A DNA stretch of 64,000 bases from a virus. Its lineage: Duplodnaviria; Caudoviricetes. The stretch spans positions 64,001 to 128,000 of the IMG/VR virus record IMGVR_UViG_3300023174_000048. One strand, given 5' to 3'. The first letter of the stretch is position 1. Every line of letters starts with the position of its first letter. Shown here in pieces: positions 54,566 through 64,000 of the stretch. A program made the translations under genes and the position numbers. A model generated the notes under the pieces. The model saw only the letters and a list, made by a program, of their open reading frames with translations. It was not told where the DNA came from and did not search any database.

Positions 54566-57500
54566 TTATTCATATTCGTATGGTATCATTTCCCATGGAA
54601 AATAACTAGCAGCAACATCGGACTTATTTTCTATCTTATCAACGCTGCCAAAAAACGATCTGAATATCATTTCATTTTGTAGTTTAAAAAAGTCTGGTAG
54701 TGTTGTTGGTTCCAGACTGAATGTTAGAGGATTCCTTTGTAGTGCCACCCAAACATACAGACTATTATTTATATTACCTACTTGAGCATTAGCTAAGTCT
54801 GTCTCATATGGAACTGGTGGACTTGTAAAACTAGCTGGTCTAAATTCAGACTTTGATCCATATCTATAAACCGTAGATAAAATATCAACTCCTCTTAACA
54901 TTCTGGGTATTCTTTTTACCATTACTGATATGTTATTTGTATTGTCTAGATTAACGATATTACAAACTCTTGTTGGTTTTCCTATTCTAGTATTGCCTAA
55001 TGTCATCATTCCTTTTCCTCCTGGACTTCCAATATTCGTTTGACAACCACCAATTCCAGACAAATCTAAAGTATCACCAGAATTGTCATTACCTTGATTT
55101 TCATTTGTTAATGGAACAGCATATGATTCTGTTGATTCTATTGTCACCTCTGAACCTGGACCCAGAATATTATCCATGGTTTGATCGCCATTAATATTAA
55201 AATATCTTAGTTTAGTCAAAGTTTTCCATCCTGTAATAGCAGGATACTGTCTTTGAAATGCATTTTTTTGCTGAGTAATACTGTTACTATTTATTGTATA
55301 TGTAAACTCATTAACATTAGAAGTCATATTCTCTGTTGCACCAAAATCAAACTGTATTCCCTGATCAGGTTTAGTTGTAAAAAATGGACATATATTATTA
55401 TCTATATGAGGAGTAGAAATATCTAATACAGGATTAGCTTCTGTGCATTTATATTTTGTAGAAATTAATACTTTAGGATTACTTTCAAAGTCCTGGAAAC
55501 ATGATTGTTTACTGTCAATATTAATCCAGTAATGATCTTTATTTGCTTCTCTATAATGAATATAAATTGGACCAGACTGTTCTCCTTCATTTGCTCCTCT
55601 CCATTCGATTCCAGATAATACTGGTTCAATTTTTGGCAGTATGTATGGGGATATTCTTCTGGAGTCCGTTATTGGCAGTGATGATTTTAATTTATAGTTA
55701 GAGTAATCAGATCTGTTTAATTGATATATTGTATTATTTGCAGGAATATCAAAAACCGTTTGTTCATCTAATAATTGTATTATAGAGTTTTTCTCTTCTA
55801 ATAAATCTTTTATAGCAGCATATGTCTTTTTCTTGTTGCAAGCCGCGGCATTTGCTGGACTTGGTGTGTAGCAGTCTATCGGATCGTCCTCTAGTTTAGC
55901 GTAGTGTTTTTGTAAATATTTTAATTTAGAAGAATTTAATATTGTAGATGTTGATCCTGGAACCCCAACTGCTGCTTCAAGAGTATTGTCTACTCCTGTG
56001 CTCTCTATAGTAGATAGTCTGGAAATGACCCAACTAAGTTCACTAGTGGTAATAGATCTCATTGGTTTATATTCATAATACTTATTTTCTATCTCTAATT
56101 CGCCAGTACTTATTCCTGAAGTTAGTGAGTTGACTCCATCATCTGTTCGTATTATAGAAAAATTACTTGGTATATCATTATATGAAGATGAGAACTGTAT
56201 GTTTTTAACTATTGTATCATGATTCGTGGCATCATCGGTATCAGATTTAATATAATAATAATCCTTGTTTTCTTTTTCTTTTCTAAAGATTGGAGTTAAA
56301 ATATTTAGATCTTCTTTAGAGTATGAGAACCCATAGCTGGAATTAGAAACAAAACCAGTATTTTCTATCCCGCTTACAAAGATTTTTATCTTATTATGCT
56401 TTATCTTGTCGTTGTTTCTATTATTAAAAATATCATTAATTTCTTGTAATTGATTATTATGTATATTATTTGATAACATATTCTTATTCATAAACAAAGA
56501 CATATCTCCATAAGATCCAACCGAATGAGTTGTTGGAGCAATATCTGTTATATTGTTAAATACGTTTTTATTAATATAATCTGCTCCCCATATATTATAT
56601 TTTTTGCTTGTCTTATCTATAATTGTTGTTTCATCTTTATATGTTAAGAAAATATTCATTGTATTAGGAACAGACATTAGATTATATCCAGAAACACTAT
56701 TCTCAAACACTAATAAAGAATAGTATTTATTATTTTTGTAAATTAATCCTTTTTTACTTATTGTTGCATTAGTTGAGGAGGTTCCAGAACAACTAACTAT
56801 GTCACCCTTCTTAAATATATCATAAGGTATTTTACCTTTAACTAGTACAGCTTTGTTCTCTGATAAATCGATACTAGATAAAGAATTGGAAGATCCTAAA
56901 ATAGCATTATGCTGTAAATAATGGTTTGCTTTAGATAGTGCTGAAGGATCTAGTTTTAGATTTGTCCAAGTTTCATTATTTTTTGCAATACATATTTGTG
57001 ATGGATTTTCACATCCGTTTCCTGTAAATGCAACTCGAACTATGTCTCCTTCGTTTATGAATGAGTCTGATATAGCAGTGGGGAGTGGTAAACTTGGTAA
57101 ATTTGATCCACAGCTTAAATTTATTTGTTTAATAAAATTTTGATCAATTAAATCTTCAATAGAATTAATAAGATCAAATGAGAAATCACCCAAACCATCT
57201 ACTCCTCCAGATAATTTGATAAACTTATATCTATCTGGTTTTAGTATCGGTGTGTTATGATATTTAAAAATACTCGCTTCGGCAGTATACCATAAAGAAC
57301 TAGGTTTTTTAAAATTAATTAATATCTTTTCTGGAGAACCAAATGGATATTTAGCATAGCTCGGAAAATAAATCTGTCTTCCTTGATTCTCCAAGCTTTC
57401 ACTAAAACGAACTTCTTTAAAGTAATCAAAAATAGCATTATACCCCGGACTATTTACGGCACCTTCAAGACCAGCCAAAGCACCAACTAAAGTTCCCCCA

Positions 57501-60500
57501 GTTGTTGCTCCATAACCAGCCAAAGCTGCCATGATTTGTATTATAGCATAGTATGGGAATTCTGGCGGCCTAACCATAACACCTTGACCTGTTGGATCGT
57601 CCTGCGAGGTTAAGCAAGTTGTTGAGTCAGCTATACAGGAATATGGGGCATTATAATTAGCAATTGGTAATAAGTGTTTTTGACTACTAAGATCTGCAAT
57701 AAAACTGTAACCAGGATACGATGGATCTTTTTTATAGTCAAACAGAGATAATGCATCATTATTTCCATAAGAAGCCAAACTGGGATTAGTGGTAGGAGTA
57801 GAATCCCTAACTGGACCAACATGAAGTATTAATTCCCAATTGCATAATGAGTTATACAATAAATGTGATTTAGTTTTATTCTCTGTACTCTCTAAGCCAG
57901 ATAAATATTGATTATTTATTGTTGAATCTAGCACATTCATATCATCTTCTTCATCAAGAACCATAATATTCAGAGTAAATTTAGTTTTTCCATCAAGATC
58001 TCCTTCTCTCTGTTTTGGGGCACGATCAGGACCACACGGACCATCCATTGGACCCTTGTTTCTAAACAAAGTATTTGCAACAAATTTACTAAAATTATTA
58101 TTACTAATATTTAATCTATTGTGTTTTATAATAGAAGAATATTCGCAACATTCTCTGTCAGAGTATCCTGTTGCCGCAATGGTCGGCAAAATCTCATCAT
58201 TTGATCTTATAATATTTTGTAATCTAGAGGCTTGGCTTGTCATATAGGAATATTGTCCGCTAGGATGATAATATCCAGAGCCTAGCATATTCATATCGCA
58301 AGGAACATTAAATTTTGAGGCATGGTCTGAGAATTTAACACTAAAATTATAATTGTTATTTTGTATAGTCTCTTGATTTAATAAAACTAATTTAAATATA
58401 TTACCTGGTAATCCAGATGGACTATTCATTCCCACCAAATCCTTAAGATAGCTTTCAACTTTTGTATTATTTAATGATCCATCAATACTGGTTTGGTTAG
58501 GTCCATAATTACCAAAAAATATTCTTGGATTTAATGTTTGATCTAAAAATTCTTCACTACTTTTAAGAGGAGATGGTGGGGGATTTGCTGTGGAGCCAAA
58601 TCTGGAACTATCTTCAGCACTTGCATATTCTACATCTAGCCAAACCACCATATTTTTAGTATTAACATAGTTTAAAAAATTTAATTTAATCTCAATATCT
58701 TTGATTCCAAATGCATTTACTCTTGGAATCCTAAATTGCATTCGTCCGTCTGGTAATTGAATTTTATCTGGTAAAGAATTAGGCCCCGTAACAGCAAATG
58801 AATAATAGAAATTAGTTGTAGCTTGATCAGTTAAAAATTCATCATTAGCTATTGGAAAGTTATTAGTTGCCGTAGCTTCTATTCCTTTTGGTTCGCCACC
58901 AGCAAGTATTCTATATCCATGATTGCTAGAATTATTGCTATTTGTTATTTTTGTATCTATATAATTTTTATGTTTTTGATTATCATTGTATAATTGAATA
59001 TCTGCTCCTGGCGGCGGAGATTCACAAGAACAAGCAGGATCCCATTGAATTTCTTTTGCTATTCCTAGTGTTACTGAACTAGAAAAAGTTTTTGATTGTA
59101 TTATATTATTTTCGCTATTTATTGGTCCAGATCGTAGTCTTGTTATCTGGGGGCCTAGAAAGCTAAAAGAGTCTCTTGCTCCAGGATTAAACTTTAATAC
59201 TCCACATCTATTAGCATGTATAGAATATTCATTTCCTCCAGAATATGGTATCCACCCACTATTTGGATGAAAAACACCCTTACTAAATGGCAAAATTAAG
59301 CCAGTACCACTTACCATTACTGCTTTTTGATAGCATAATTTGTAAGTTGATGTGTCTGGGAAATTACGATAATTTAGTGGAAAACCAGTTATTACAGGAA
59401 GATTTGTTGACGCTCCTGGTCCAGCAACAATACCGTTGTCGTTAATTGAGGTCTGTGGTTTAGTTAGTCCATTAATCTCCACCCCTATAGAGTCTATAAA
59501 TTTTTTACTATATCCTCCATAAGCTTTGATTTTTGGTGCTTTCTTTGTGCTAATTGTTGGATAGTTAAAGTCTCCAACCTCTTTAATGTTTTTGGCTAAA
59601 TTTCTTGCAGAGTCCCATTCATAAGCGCGTAATGTGAATCCTTCAGGGTCTTTATTGGTTCGAATTGTTCTATTAAAGTTAACATTCCTGGTATTAACAA
59701 CATTTCCGTTGCTGTCAGTTTCAGAAATTCTGGAACTTGTTTTGACACTTCTAATTTTTGGAAAATATAAACTTAGGCATTGAGAACACTCGTCTTGGTC
59801 TGTTCTTATTTTTTCTAACCATACTGAATGCAGTTTTACTATTGTATTGTTGTTTTCATATATCAAAGTTAACGGACAAGTCTCTCTATATATATAATTT
59901 GAACTATAACCAAAAATATAATCTTTAGATAATGAATATACATCATCTTGGGCTCTTGTTCCTAATGTTCCTATAAATTCCCTAACAGAAAAATCTGTTT
60001 TTATTGGATAAATTACTCCATGATAATTACTAATTGCTATTTTATTTATCTTTGATATATTTGATTTTATAAGATCTTTATCAAGAATTAATGGAATATT
60101 TTCACTAACTATATATGAAGGAGTAACCAATGGAGGATATACCCAAGATATATTTTTACTATCCCAATATTTGCCATAAGAAACGGCATTTTCTTTCATA
60201 GCCCCGCCCTGACCAATAACTAACTGTCTACCATCAACAACATATATGGTTTTTTGTTTTTTAAATGTTCCAAATGGACTAGATATTGTGCATTGAAAAG
60301 TATATTTACCTGTATAATTTGTATAGAATATAACCTCATTAGAAGTTCCAGATAATAGTCCATTATCTCCAAAAGTTCCTTCTGGTCCACTCAGTTGTTC
60401 CCAAAAGAAAGAGTTTTGACTATTAATATAATTTATCAAAGATAGTTCAGACCCTTCGTCATAAGACTTCTCTATCTCTGCTATTGTCAAAGCAGATAAT

Positions 60501-62296
60501 TGTATTCCCGATTCTTGTAGCTTAGAACAATGTGGCTGAGTCGGACCAAATTGTAGATTAATTTCTGCTCCATCATTCACTACAGTAGAATAAATGTAAT
60601 CATATATTGTTTGATTATTAGCATCAAGACCCTGGTTAGCAGGATCATTATAATCTATATTATCTGATCGATAAACACGGGGGACATCTCCTTTATATGC
60701 CATGCTGGGAATAAATAATGTTTTAAGATCTAGAGAGACATCTCTAAAACGAGGTTTTCCAACATCATATAATGGTATGGTTATTTTTTTTGTATTATCA
60801 ACTAGAACATCTATATTTGCATTAAACTCATTTAGTTTTGTTTGTATTGTGGTGTTGTCAAAAATAATTCTTTGATTATTATATACTGAAGTATTTGTTA
60901 GGGTTTTACTACAATAATTATCTAAAACTTGTGTGATTGCAATACCTTTGTTGTCAAATTTTAAAACATCAGTCTTTGCAGAAATAGACGAAGTTCCTGA
61001 TAGTTTAAGATGTGCCCCATATTTTGATATTAATTTATAAAATAGTTGTGAATTATCATTAATTAAATTATTATTGATTGTTATGGGAGAAAATTTAGTA
61101 TCTAAATACAAAGACTTATTTGTCGTATCGTTAGTTGTATTTTGTAAAAATCTGCTAATATCTATTAATAAGTTTTTTAAGTTTAATATTTCACCATTAA
61201 TATCAACCAACGACTCATTGAGTTTACTTTCTATAATATTCCTTATTTCTATAGAGTCTAATGCTTCTATAGAAAAATCATCAATGAATGGACTAGTACT
61301 TAGTGCATGGGCAATTCTTTTATAGAATCTCGATCTTTTTAAATTTTTATTACTAAAAGATCTTTTTTCATCAAGTGTTAATATTCTATATATTGACGAA
61401 TATTTCTGATAAAGAGCGGATGAAACATATGATCTGCATGATATATTGTATGATAAGGAAGAAACTCTCTCAGCATCGCTATTATGAAAGAAAAAACAGT
61501 CTCCGTCAGGAATCCAGAGTATTGGATTCATATCCATCCTGTGCAAAGAAGATGTATTGTCATAAACATTCTCTGATTTATACATATTAGCTATTTTAAA
61601 TAATGGATTAGTCCCTAAAGTACTAAGTTCCACAATAGTTTTTCCTAATTCCTCGTCAAACACATAACTTCCATCTTTGATGGTTCTGCTCTGTGCATTA
61701 ATTGAATATAGTCTAGAATTATTTATTTTAATATAAACATTATTAGCATCTCCGCTTTTAACCAATCTTGATCCATTTGGAAAATATGTTAATGGTTGCT
61801 CTTTACCTCCGTGAATATTAGAATTATTAGTTATATCTTTTAGTCTAAACCAACAAAGAATTCCATAATATACAGAGTAAGGAGTATTCTGTCCATTTAA
61901 TAGCCAATCAATAGACATTTTAGCATTACTAGTTGTCCAGCTTTTAAAGTTTGGGGTGAAAGAGAAAAAACTCTCAATACCCAATTGTCCACTAGTTAAT
62001 AAAGGATTGCTATTATAACAGCTGCCGTGAGATGACAATAGTTTATTATCAACATATGTATCAGAATTAATAATTAATGGCTGCCATACATCTAATACAT
62101 CATCAAGAATGGAACTTGCTTGAGATTGTTGTATCAGAGCATCAAAAGACGGTGAACGAATTAATCCTCCTGGGTTGCTATCATTATAAGTTAATGTCCC
62201 ATTGGAACTGACTGTATACGGCAACAAGTCATCCAATAATGAATGCTTAATAATATTGCAATTGCTACTTTTGTCTATAATCCTTGAACTAAACAT
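54566..62296 (-). CDS. 2576-aa virion (tail/baseplate-type) protein with PKD-like and P-domain-like segments
   Basis: FWEQLSGP..YTFQCTIS (PKD/K319-like); IKDIEIKLNF..VVWL..WELIL (P-domain-like); glycine zipper. Confidence 0.7.
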   Translation of the reverse strand: MFSSRIIDKSSNCNIIKHSLLDDLLPYTVSSNGTLTYNDSNPGGLIRSPSFDALIQQSQASSILDDVLDVWQPLIINSDTYVDNKLLSSHGSCYNSNPLLTSGQLGIESFFSFTPNFKSWTTSNAKMSIDWLLNGQNTPYSVYYGILCWFRLKDITNNSNIHGGKEQPLTYFPNGSRLVKSGDANNVYIKINNSRLYSINAQSRTIKDGSYVFDEELGKTIVELSTLGTNPLFKIANMYKSENVYDNTSSLHRMDMNPILWIPDGDCFFFHNSDAERVSSLSYNISCRSYVSSALYQKYSSIYRILTLDEKRSFSNKNLKRSRFYKRIAHALSTSPFIDDFSIEALDSIEIRNIIESKLNESLVDINGEILNLKNLLIDISRFLQNTTNDTTNKSLYLDTKFSPITINNNLINDNSQLFYKLISKYGAHLKLSGTSSISAKTDVLKFDNKGIAITQVLDNYCSKTLTNTSVYNNQRIIFDNTTIQTKLNEFNANIDVLVDNTKKITIPLYDVGKPRFRDVSLDLKTLFIPSMAYKGDVPRVYRSDNIDYNDPANQGLDANNQTIYDYIYSTVVNDGAEINLQFGPTQPHCSKLQESGIQLSALTIAEIEKSYDEGSELSLINYINSQNSFFWEQLSGPEGTFGDNGLLSGTSNEVIFYTNYTGKYTFQCTISSPFGTFKKQKTIYVVDGRQLVIGQGGAMKENAVSYGKYWDSKNISWVYPPLVTPSYIVSENIPLILDKDLIKSNISKINKIAISNYHGVIYPIKTDFSVREFIGTLGTRAQDDVYSLSKDYIFGYSSNYIYRETCPLTLIYENNNTIVKLHSVWLEKIRTDQDECSQCLSLYFPKIRSVKTSSRISETDSNGNVVNTRNVNFNRTIRTNKDPEGFTLRAYEWDSARNLAKNIKEVGDFNYPTISTKKAPKIKAYGGYSKKFIDSIGVEINGLTKPQTSINDNGIVAGPGASTNLPVITGFPLNYRNFPDTSTYKLCYQKAVMVSGTGLILPFSKGVFHPNSGWIPYSGGNEYSIHANRCGVLKFNPGARDSFSFLGPQITRLRSGPINSENNIIQSKTFSSSVTLGIAKEIQWDPACSCESPPPGADIQLYNDNQKHKNYIDTKITNSNNSSNHGYRILAGGEPKGIEATATNNFPIANDEFLTDQATTNFYYSFAVTGPNSLPDKIQLPDGRMQFRIPRVNAFGIKDIEIKLNFLNYVNTKNMVVWLDVEYASAEDSSRFGSTANPPPSPLKSSEEFLDQTLNPRIFFGNYGPNQTSIDGSLNNTKVESYLKDLVGMNSPSGLPGNIFKLVLLNQETIQNNNYNFSVKFSDHASKFNVPCDMNMLGSGYYHPSGQYSYMTSQASRLQNIIRSNDEILPTIAATGYSDRECCEYSSIIKHNRLNISNNNFSKFVANTLFRNKGPMDGPCGPDRAPKQREGDLDGKTKFTLNIMVLDEEDDMNVLDSTINNQYLSGLESTENKTKSHLLYNSLCNWELILHVGPVRDSTPTTNPSLASYGNNDALSLFDYKKDPSYPGYSFIADLSSQKHLLPIANYNAPYSCIADSTTCLTSQDDPTGQGVMVRPPEFPYYAIIQIMAALAGYGATTGGTLVGALAGLEGAVNSPGYNAIFDYFKEVRFSESLENQGRQIYFPSYAKYPFGSPEKILINFKKPSSLWYTAEASIFKYHNTPILKPDRYKFIKLSGGVDGLGDFSFDLINSIEDLIDQNFIKQINLSCGSNLPSLPLPTAISDSFINEGDIVRVAFTGNGCENPSQICIAKNNETWTNLKLDPSALSKANHYLQHNAILGSSNSLSSIDLSENKAVLVKGKIPYDIFKKGDIVSCSGTSSTNATISKKGLIYKNNKYYSLLVFENSVSGYNLMSVPNTMNIFLTYKDETTIIDKTSKKYNIWGADYINKNVFNNITDIAPTTHSVGSYGDMSLFMNKNMLSNNIHNNQLQEINDIFNNRNNDKIKHNKIKIFVSGIENTGFVSNSSYGFSYSKEDLNILTPIFRKEKENKDYYYIKSDTDDATNHDTIVKNIQFSSSYNDIPSNFSIIRTDDGVNSLTSGISTGELEIENKYYEYKPMRSITTSELSWVISRLSTIESTGVDNTLEAAVGVPGSTSTILNSSKLKYLQKHYAKLEDDPIDCYTPSPANAAACNKKKTYAAIKDLLEEKNSIIQLLDEQTVFDIPANNTIYQLNRSDYSNYKLKSSLPITDSRRISPYILPKIEPVLSGIEWRGANEGEQSGPIYIHYREANKDHYWINIDSKQSCFQDFESNPKVLISTKYKCTEANPVLDISTPHIDNNICPFFTTKPDQGIQFDFGATENMTSNVNEFTYTINSNSITQQKNAFQRQYPAITGWKTLTKLRYFNINGDQTMDNILGPGSEVTIESTESYAVPLTNENQGNDNSGDTLDLSGIGGCQTNIGSPGGKGMMTLGNTRIGKPTRVCNIVNLDNTNNISVMVKRIPRMLRGVDILSTVYRYGSKSEFRPASFTSPPVPYETDLANAQVGNINNSLYVWVALQRNPLTFSLEPTTLPDFFKLQNEMIFRSFFGSVDKIENKSDVAASYFPWEMIPYEYE

Positions 62297-63999
62297 TATT
62301 TAATTGCCGTTAGTGTCCACTTTCCATTTAAGAATGTAAATATAGCTATAGCATTAGTTGTTACTGTGAATCCTAGAGGATTATCAAAATTAACGGTCAT
62401 TGTTGGAACAACTCCTGATCGTCTGCCTTGTACATAATGCATGTCTATTAGGGTCTGAGTTGCGCTAGTAATCTTACCTTTAACAATTAGAGATGGCTTG
62501 CTGACTGGCTCATAAAAACCTGTCTTTTTGTTGTATCTGCAAAGTAATTTTGTTCCTCGTGGAGCACAATATCCTGTTTTATCTTTAATATATATTAATC
62601 TTCTATACCCCTGTCGTAAAGGCTCGCTGCTAAATTCAATATCGTCAATATAACCTCTTGTAACATATGTCTCATCAAAATCTGGTTGTTTAATTAAATC
62701 TTCTTCAAGAGTAGCATATATCATTCTGTAAATATACTTCTTTTTTGCTTTTTTGTCTAAAAAGCTTTTTAGTGTGGTTATATCATTAGAGTTGGTAAGA
62801 ATATAAGGAGGATCAATCTCTTCTCCTCCGCCACCTCCGGCCCAAACCATTCTGTCTTGATCCCAAATTAGATCAATAGGACCAACTTTCCATAAGTCAG
62901 GACGCTCTGCCCAATTTAAATAAAAATCATTTAATTTAACTTTTTCTGACCACTTTCCGTTAAACTTTTGAGTTTTACTAATTATACTTCCTTTAAATCC
63001 CTGAGTATAATCAATTGGATTTCCATCTGTTGGTGGATTTCCAGGATCATATCCTCCCTCAACATCCATATTGTCTTCTATTTTAATAGTAGTTACATCA
63101 GTATTATTTATTGCTGCTGTAGTAAGTGATGACCATGATGATGGCAAATTCTCATAATTAAAAGTTTTAGAAAAAATATTGGTATTTCCGGATATGGTAA
63201 ATAGTTCGCCGACAGATAATGAGCTATATTTTTTAGTAGCCCCGCTATTAGTTAATTTAAGCTTAAATCTTTTTGGTCTACCAAAATTGTCATAGGCTAA
63301 TGGTTCATCAGCAGCATTAGGAACAGGATATCCGTCAGCATCATATCCCCAAGAGTGTAGTGTTAATGGTCCTCTTAGTCCGAAAAATCTTTGATTATTC
63401 TCGTGCAACATATTAAGAGCATCACTAGATTTATCCCTTATATGATATAAAGCTTCATCATAAGGATAATAGTCTAAATCATTGGATGGAACACCATCTG
63501 GATGATTAGTATGGGCCCTTAGATTTCTACTAGTCTCAAGCTTGTATCCCGTTTTATTTTGTGGAACTGATCCTCTCGCCACAATTTCTATACAATGGCG
63601 TAATCTGTCTCTGAAAATTCTACCCCCAGTAGTTAAGCCCCCTATATCTTCGTGTGCTCCGTCTGGATGAGCACCAGTATAGTTTTGAGAGTTAGAGTTT
63701 TTAAATTCTCCATATGGAACAACTATAGGATTTAATGTAATCAAATTAATTGGAATATCTTCATCTGTTACTATCTTAGCATTTAATTTTTCACCAGCAT
63801 TACCACACTTATCACATGTTATCTTTGTTGCTACTTCTGCTCTATCTCCATTTTCATTATATTGTACAACACTGATATCTCTAACTTTTGTGCCTCTACA
63901 AAATGGACAATTAGAGGTATTATGTAAAGAATATGAGAATGTTGAGTTCTTAAAGGTTGGATAAAAAGATACTGGAGATAATATTCCATCCAAACTCAT
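62296..63999 (-). CDS. probable virion/tail protein, possibly 5'-truncated by the window edge
   Basis: Open to the window edge; TAATG overlap with the giant gene; GPLTLHSWGYD block, poly-Gly linker. Confidence 0.6.
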   Translation of the reverse strand: MSLDGILSPVSFYPTFKNSTFSYSLHNTSNCPFCRGTKVRDISVVQYNENGDRAEVATKITCDKCGNAGEKLNAKIVTDEDIPINLITLNPIVVPYGEFKNSNSQNYTGAHPDGAHEDIGGLTTGGRIFRDRLRHCIEIVARGSVPQNKTGYKLETSRNLRAHTNHPDGVPSNDLDYYPYDEALYHIRDKSSDALNMLHENNQRFFGLRGPLTLHSWGYDADGYPVPNAADEPLAYDNFGRPKRFKLKLTNSGATKKYSSLSVGELFTISGNTNIFSKTFNYENLPSSWSSLTTAAINNTDVTTIKIEDNMDVEGGYDPGNPPTDGNPIDYTQGFKGSIISKTQKFNGKWSEKVKLNDFYLNWAERPDLWKVGPIDLIWDQDRMVWAGGGGGEEIDPPYILTNSNDITTLKSFLDKKAKKKYIYRMIYATLEEDLIKQPDFDETYVTRGYIDDIEFSSEPLRQGYRRLIYIKDKTGYCAPRGTKLLCRYNKKTGFYEPVSKPSLIVKGKITSATQTLIDMHYVQGRRSGVVPTMTVNFDNPLGFTVTTNAIAIFTFLNGKWTLTAIK

Positions 64000-64000
64000 T

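Noticed and set aside
238-61590. Short antisense and overlapping ORFs in the track (e.g. 238..486, 9192..9485, 25577..26059, 32175..32591, 55000..55194)
   Set aside because: Shadows of longer motif-bearing genes, with no RBS, motifs or operon coupling.
1-64000. Stop-codon reassignment as in some huge phages
   Set aside because: Conserved genes are intact in code 11, and TAG, TGA and TAA all end genes at the expected C-termini.

Overview
Gene-dense, AT-rich (about 30% GC by eye) slice of a large lytic tailed dsDNA phage, read in the standard genetic code. Positions 1-54.5 kb are one + strand block. In order it holds: a macrodomain gene; a glycan/nucleotide-modification cluster (several GT families, RmlC/RmlD, B12 radical-SAM enzyme, methyltransferase, NDT-like hydrolase, GMP reductase); a sigma factor, ClpP and apparent pseudo-enzymes; virion/tail-fibre genes including a trypsin-like protease; a membrane-protein operon with a papain-like protease; nucleotide metabolism (dCMP deaminase, class II RNR, PhoH, dNMP kinase); a bacterial-type replisome (intein-containing RecA, DnaB, primase, DnaE split into two genes around a DnaQ exonuclease, SSB); and a second, largely degenerate glyco-enzyme cluster. 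After a convergent hairpin terminator, two - strand virion genes follow (2576 aa, and one possibly cut by the window edge). The most notable items are the intein-free split DnaE, a class-3-type RecA intein starting with Leu, a recurrent intergenic GGTGTA promoter-like motif, several enzyme folds lacking catalytic residues, and a protease/membrane module with no recognisable endolysin. No tRNA, rRNA or CRISPR array was seen. All family calls come from motif recognition by eye, not from database searches.
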